From NCBI GenBank assembly GCA_012295275.1, contig CM022671.1, positions 22,754,001 to 22,818,000 of the forward strand: a DNA stretch of 64,000 bases, given 5' to 3'. Positions within the stretch are counted from its first letter, which is position 1. The number at the start of each line of letters is the position of its first letter. The notes beneath the pieces were generated by a model. That model saw nothing but the letters and a program-made list of their open reading frames with translations. It searched no databases and was not told the DNA's origin. Source of the DNA: Chrysomallon squamiferum. Lineage: Eukaryota > Animalia > Mollusca. Position numbers and translations under genes: made by a program. This document shows positions 61,909 to 64,000 of the stretch, in pieces.

Positions 61909-62388
61909 GTATATATATATATATATATATAAATTCTACTAACAAAATAAAAGAATATTATAAATATATATATATAATATTCTAATATTTTGTGAGTATA
62001 ATTTCATGGTTTTTATTATTACATGTATAAGGTAAGATTAGTAAAATAAGACTATCTATGCCGATGTATGAATGTGCGAGAGTTGACTAAACGTCCGAAT
62101 TCAATGAGTCGAATTGTTCTAGAATTAAACTGCGCGTTCCGCCATCTTCGAACATTTCTGGAATTATCTCAAGCGTCTGTTTGGCGTGACAGAAGGACGG
62201 AAGAAGTATTATTTAACAAATCACTAAAGAATACACAAAACAATGATTGAGCATAGACTACTTTGTGAGTATGAACAAATGAAACCCTTTCAAAAATATT
62301 TTCGTTTCACAACACCAGAAATCTCGAAAGTTCTTCACGAATGTAATTTTGTTATATTTCACAAGCACGCATACTCTATAATTATTGG

Positions 62389-62419
<31 letters not shown>

Positions 62420-62741
62420 ACGTTGTTTTCATAATGAATGAATAATTTAAAAAAAAAAAAAAAAAAAAAAAATAGTAGGAAATATTGCATTGTAATGTTA
62501 TTTTTGAGGCAGATAAAGCCATACTTCGTTTGACATGATAGTAACATTGTTTTAATACTTGGGAAAAATACAAATATTTTTGCCTCCTTAAATGGATTTA
62601 CTGGTCTGTTTGTTTTTGTGTTTTTTTTCACATTTTTTTTTTTGTTAAAGTATTTGTCTTTGTATTACTGAAACATTTTAAGACTTAATACTGTTTACTG
62701 TCTAAATCTTTAGCCAAAAAAAAAAAAAAAAAAAAACAACG

Positions 62742-63943
62742 TCACCTTGCAAACACTGAATGGAAGCCATTTTTAACATACGGCTCCGGAACTTTAGTCG
62801 GAAATTCTAACATGGCTGTTATAAATTCCACAGCCGGTTTTACTGTCCAGGAAATACCCGTGGCGCCCTCTACGAAACCGCAGTGACCTCCTCTTTCGGT
62901 GGTCACCAAGAAAAATTTAAATACGACTTAAAAATATCGTACGGAATGTTTTTTTTAACGGCTATGGGGTCGTCGAGACTGTTAAAACACAACACAGGCA
63001 CGCAAATATCGTCAACGTCGCGCACCGGGCTGTTATTCTCCCAGTACTCCTCAAGGTCACTGAACCCACTCAGGGGACAAAACACGTGCTTGTCGAATTC
63101 TCTTAAACTCTTAGCGCTCAGCGCTGCTTTCACGTCGACAGCGTCCGAGAACGATTTGGAATAAGTGCCTAAGATCTTCTGGATGTGCATCAGATACAGT
63201 TTTTCGTAAAACTTCGGAATTTGGTTGGACAGAGCGTCCTCGGCGTCGTACGACGGAGACACGCAGACGCCGGCGATTATCTTCGACGACGAGCCGAACT
63301 GTCCCAGGTACGACATCAGCAAGTCTCCTCCGGCGCCGACTCCGACGACGGCTATCTGAGACTTGGGAAATCTTTCCTTCATGTAGTTGACGACGGAGCG
63401 CAAGTCGGTCGGGTCGCCGTAGCTTTGCAGCTTGGCCGTCGTCAGCACGCTGTCCCCGTAACCGCGTCGGTTGAACACGCAGGCGCGATAACCGTTTGAA
63501 ATGGACTCGTGGCAGATCTGAGCCACGCTGGCCGCGCCTCCTATCAGGCCCGGAATGACGATGACGATTGGGTTCCTCTTGCACAGGTATTTGGAGCCCG
63601 GGGCCCAGTCCACGGCGATAACTCCCTCCTCGTCCTCCGGCAGTTGAATGTATTCTCGGAAGAACTCGTTCGTCGATTCGTGAGACGTCAGCCCCAACAC
63701 AGTCTGCACGTGCGCGTTCTGGAACCAGAACGGCAGCTTCAGAGGGCGCCGCAGCGAAACGCAGCGCGTGAGCACGTGCTGCGCGAGCGACGACTCCTTG
63801 AAGTAGAGTCTGGGGAGGCACTCCTTTGCCCGGAAGAGCGATTTCAGATACACGATGGCGGAGAGCACGACAGTGCTCAGGAAGGTCAGCACGACGGTGA
63901 TCGGGTACGACAGCAGCATCCAGAAAACACTGGACATCAGCAT
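62742..63943 (-). CDS. ABHD15: ABHD15-like alpha/beta hydrolase (ABHD1/2/3/15-YheT family) with N-terminal membrane anchor; single coding exon; C-terminal ~55 codons in the -1 frame
   Basis: ORF 63943-62903 has a hydrophobic N-terminus, NAHVQT, VIPGLIGG, VFNRRGYG, YGDPTDLRSVV, GVGAGG (no nucleophile Ser, typical of ABHD15), SLREFD and VPVLCFNSLDDP. The conserved FLVTTERGGHCGF...SW continues in the -1 frame to TGA at 62744-62742. A splice acceptor lies just upstream (exon starts at 63954). Confidence 0.85.
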
Positions 63944-64000
63944 CCTGCCGGATCCTGAAACTAGGGTCTAAAACAGTGTCGATCCTGCAATGATAAAAGA

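Noticed and set aside
63111-63958. Long overlapping ORFs (236, 104 and 149 aa) on other frames of the ABHD15-like gene
   Set aside because: Expected by-product of a GC-rich CDS with few off-frame stops; no recognisable motifs.

Overview
AT-rich, microsatellite-dense animal genomic DNA with GT-AG introns. It is probably a mollusc or other lophotrochozoan; this is inferred from gene style and repeats, not proven. Five protein-coding genes can be built exon by exon. (1) AKAP10/D-AKAP2 (+, 14 coding exons, 1117-9232). (2) and (3) Two tandem MMP19/28-like matrix metalloproteinases on the minus strand. MMP-A (17325-22396) is secreted and has no furin site at the end of its pro-domain. MMP-B (31868-37678) has an RNKR furin site and a separate GPI-signal-like last exon. 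(4) Mitochondrial 3-oxoacyl-ACP synthase OXSM (+, 40190-44509); as assembled it has a scrambled exon 3 and a +1 indel. (5) An ABHD15-like serine-less alpha/beta hydrolase (-, 62742-63943). Its conserved C-terminus lies in the -1 frame behind two overlapping slippery heptamers and a stem-loop/pseudoknot, so it is either a programmed -1 frameshift or a homopolymer error. Non-coding features include TATA+Inr promoters for both MMPs, a decayed transposon-type ORF between the MMPs and SINE relics. An ~18 kb gene-free interval (44.5-62.7 kb) holds a ~550 bp inverted repeat pair bracketing a ~3.9 kb motif-rich segment, CRE/E-box/Ets clusters and a CTCF-like site. The indels in two genes mean local assembly error must be excluded before any biological reading of them.
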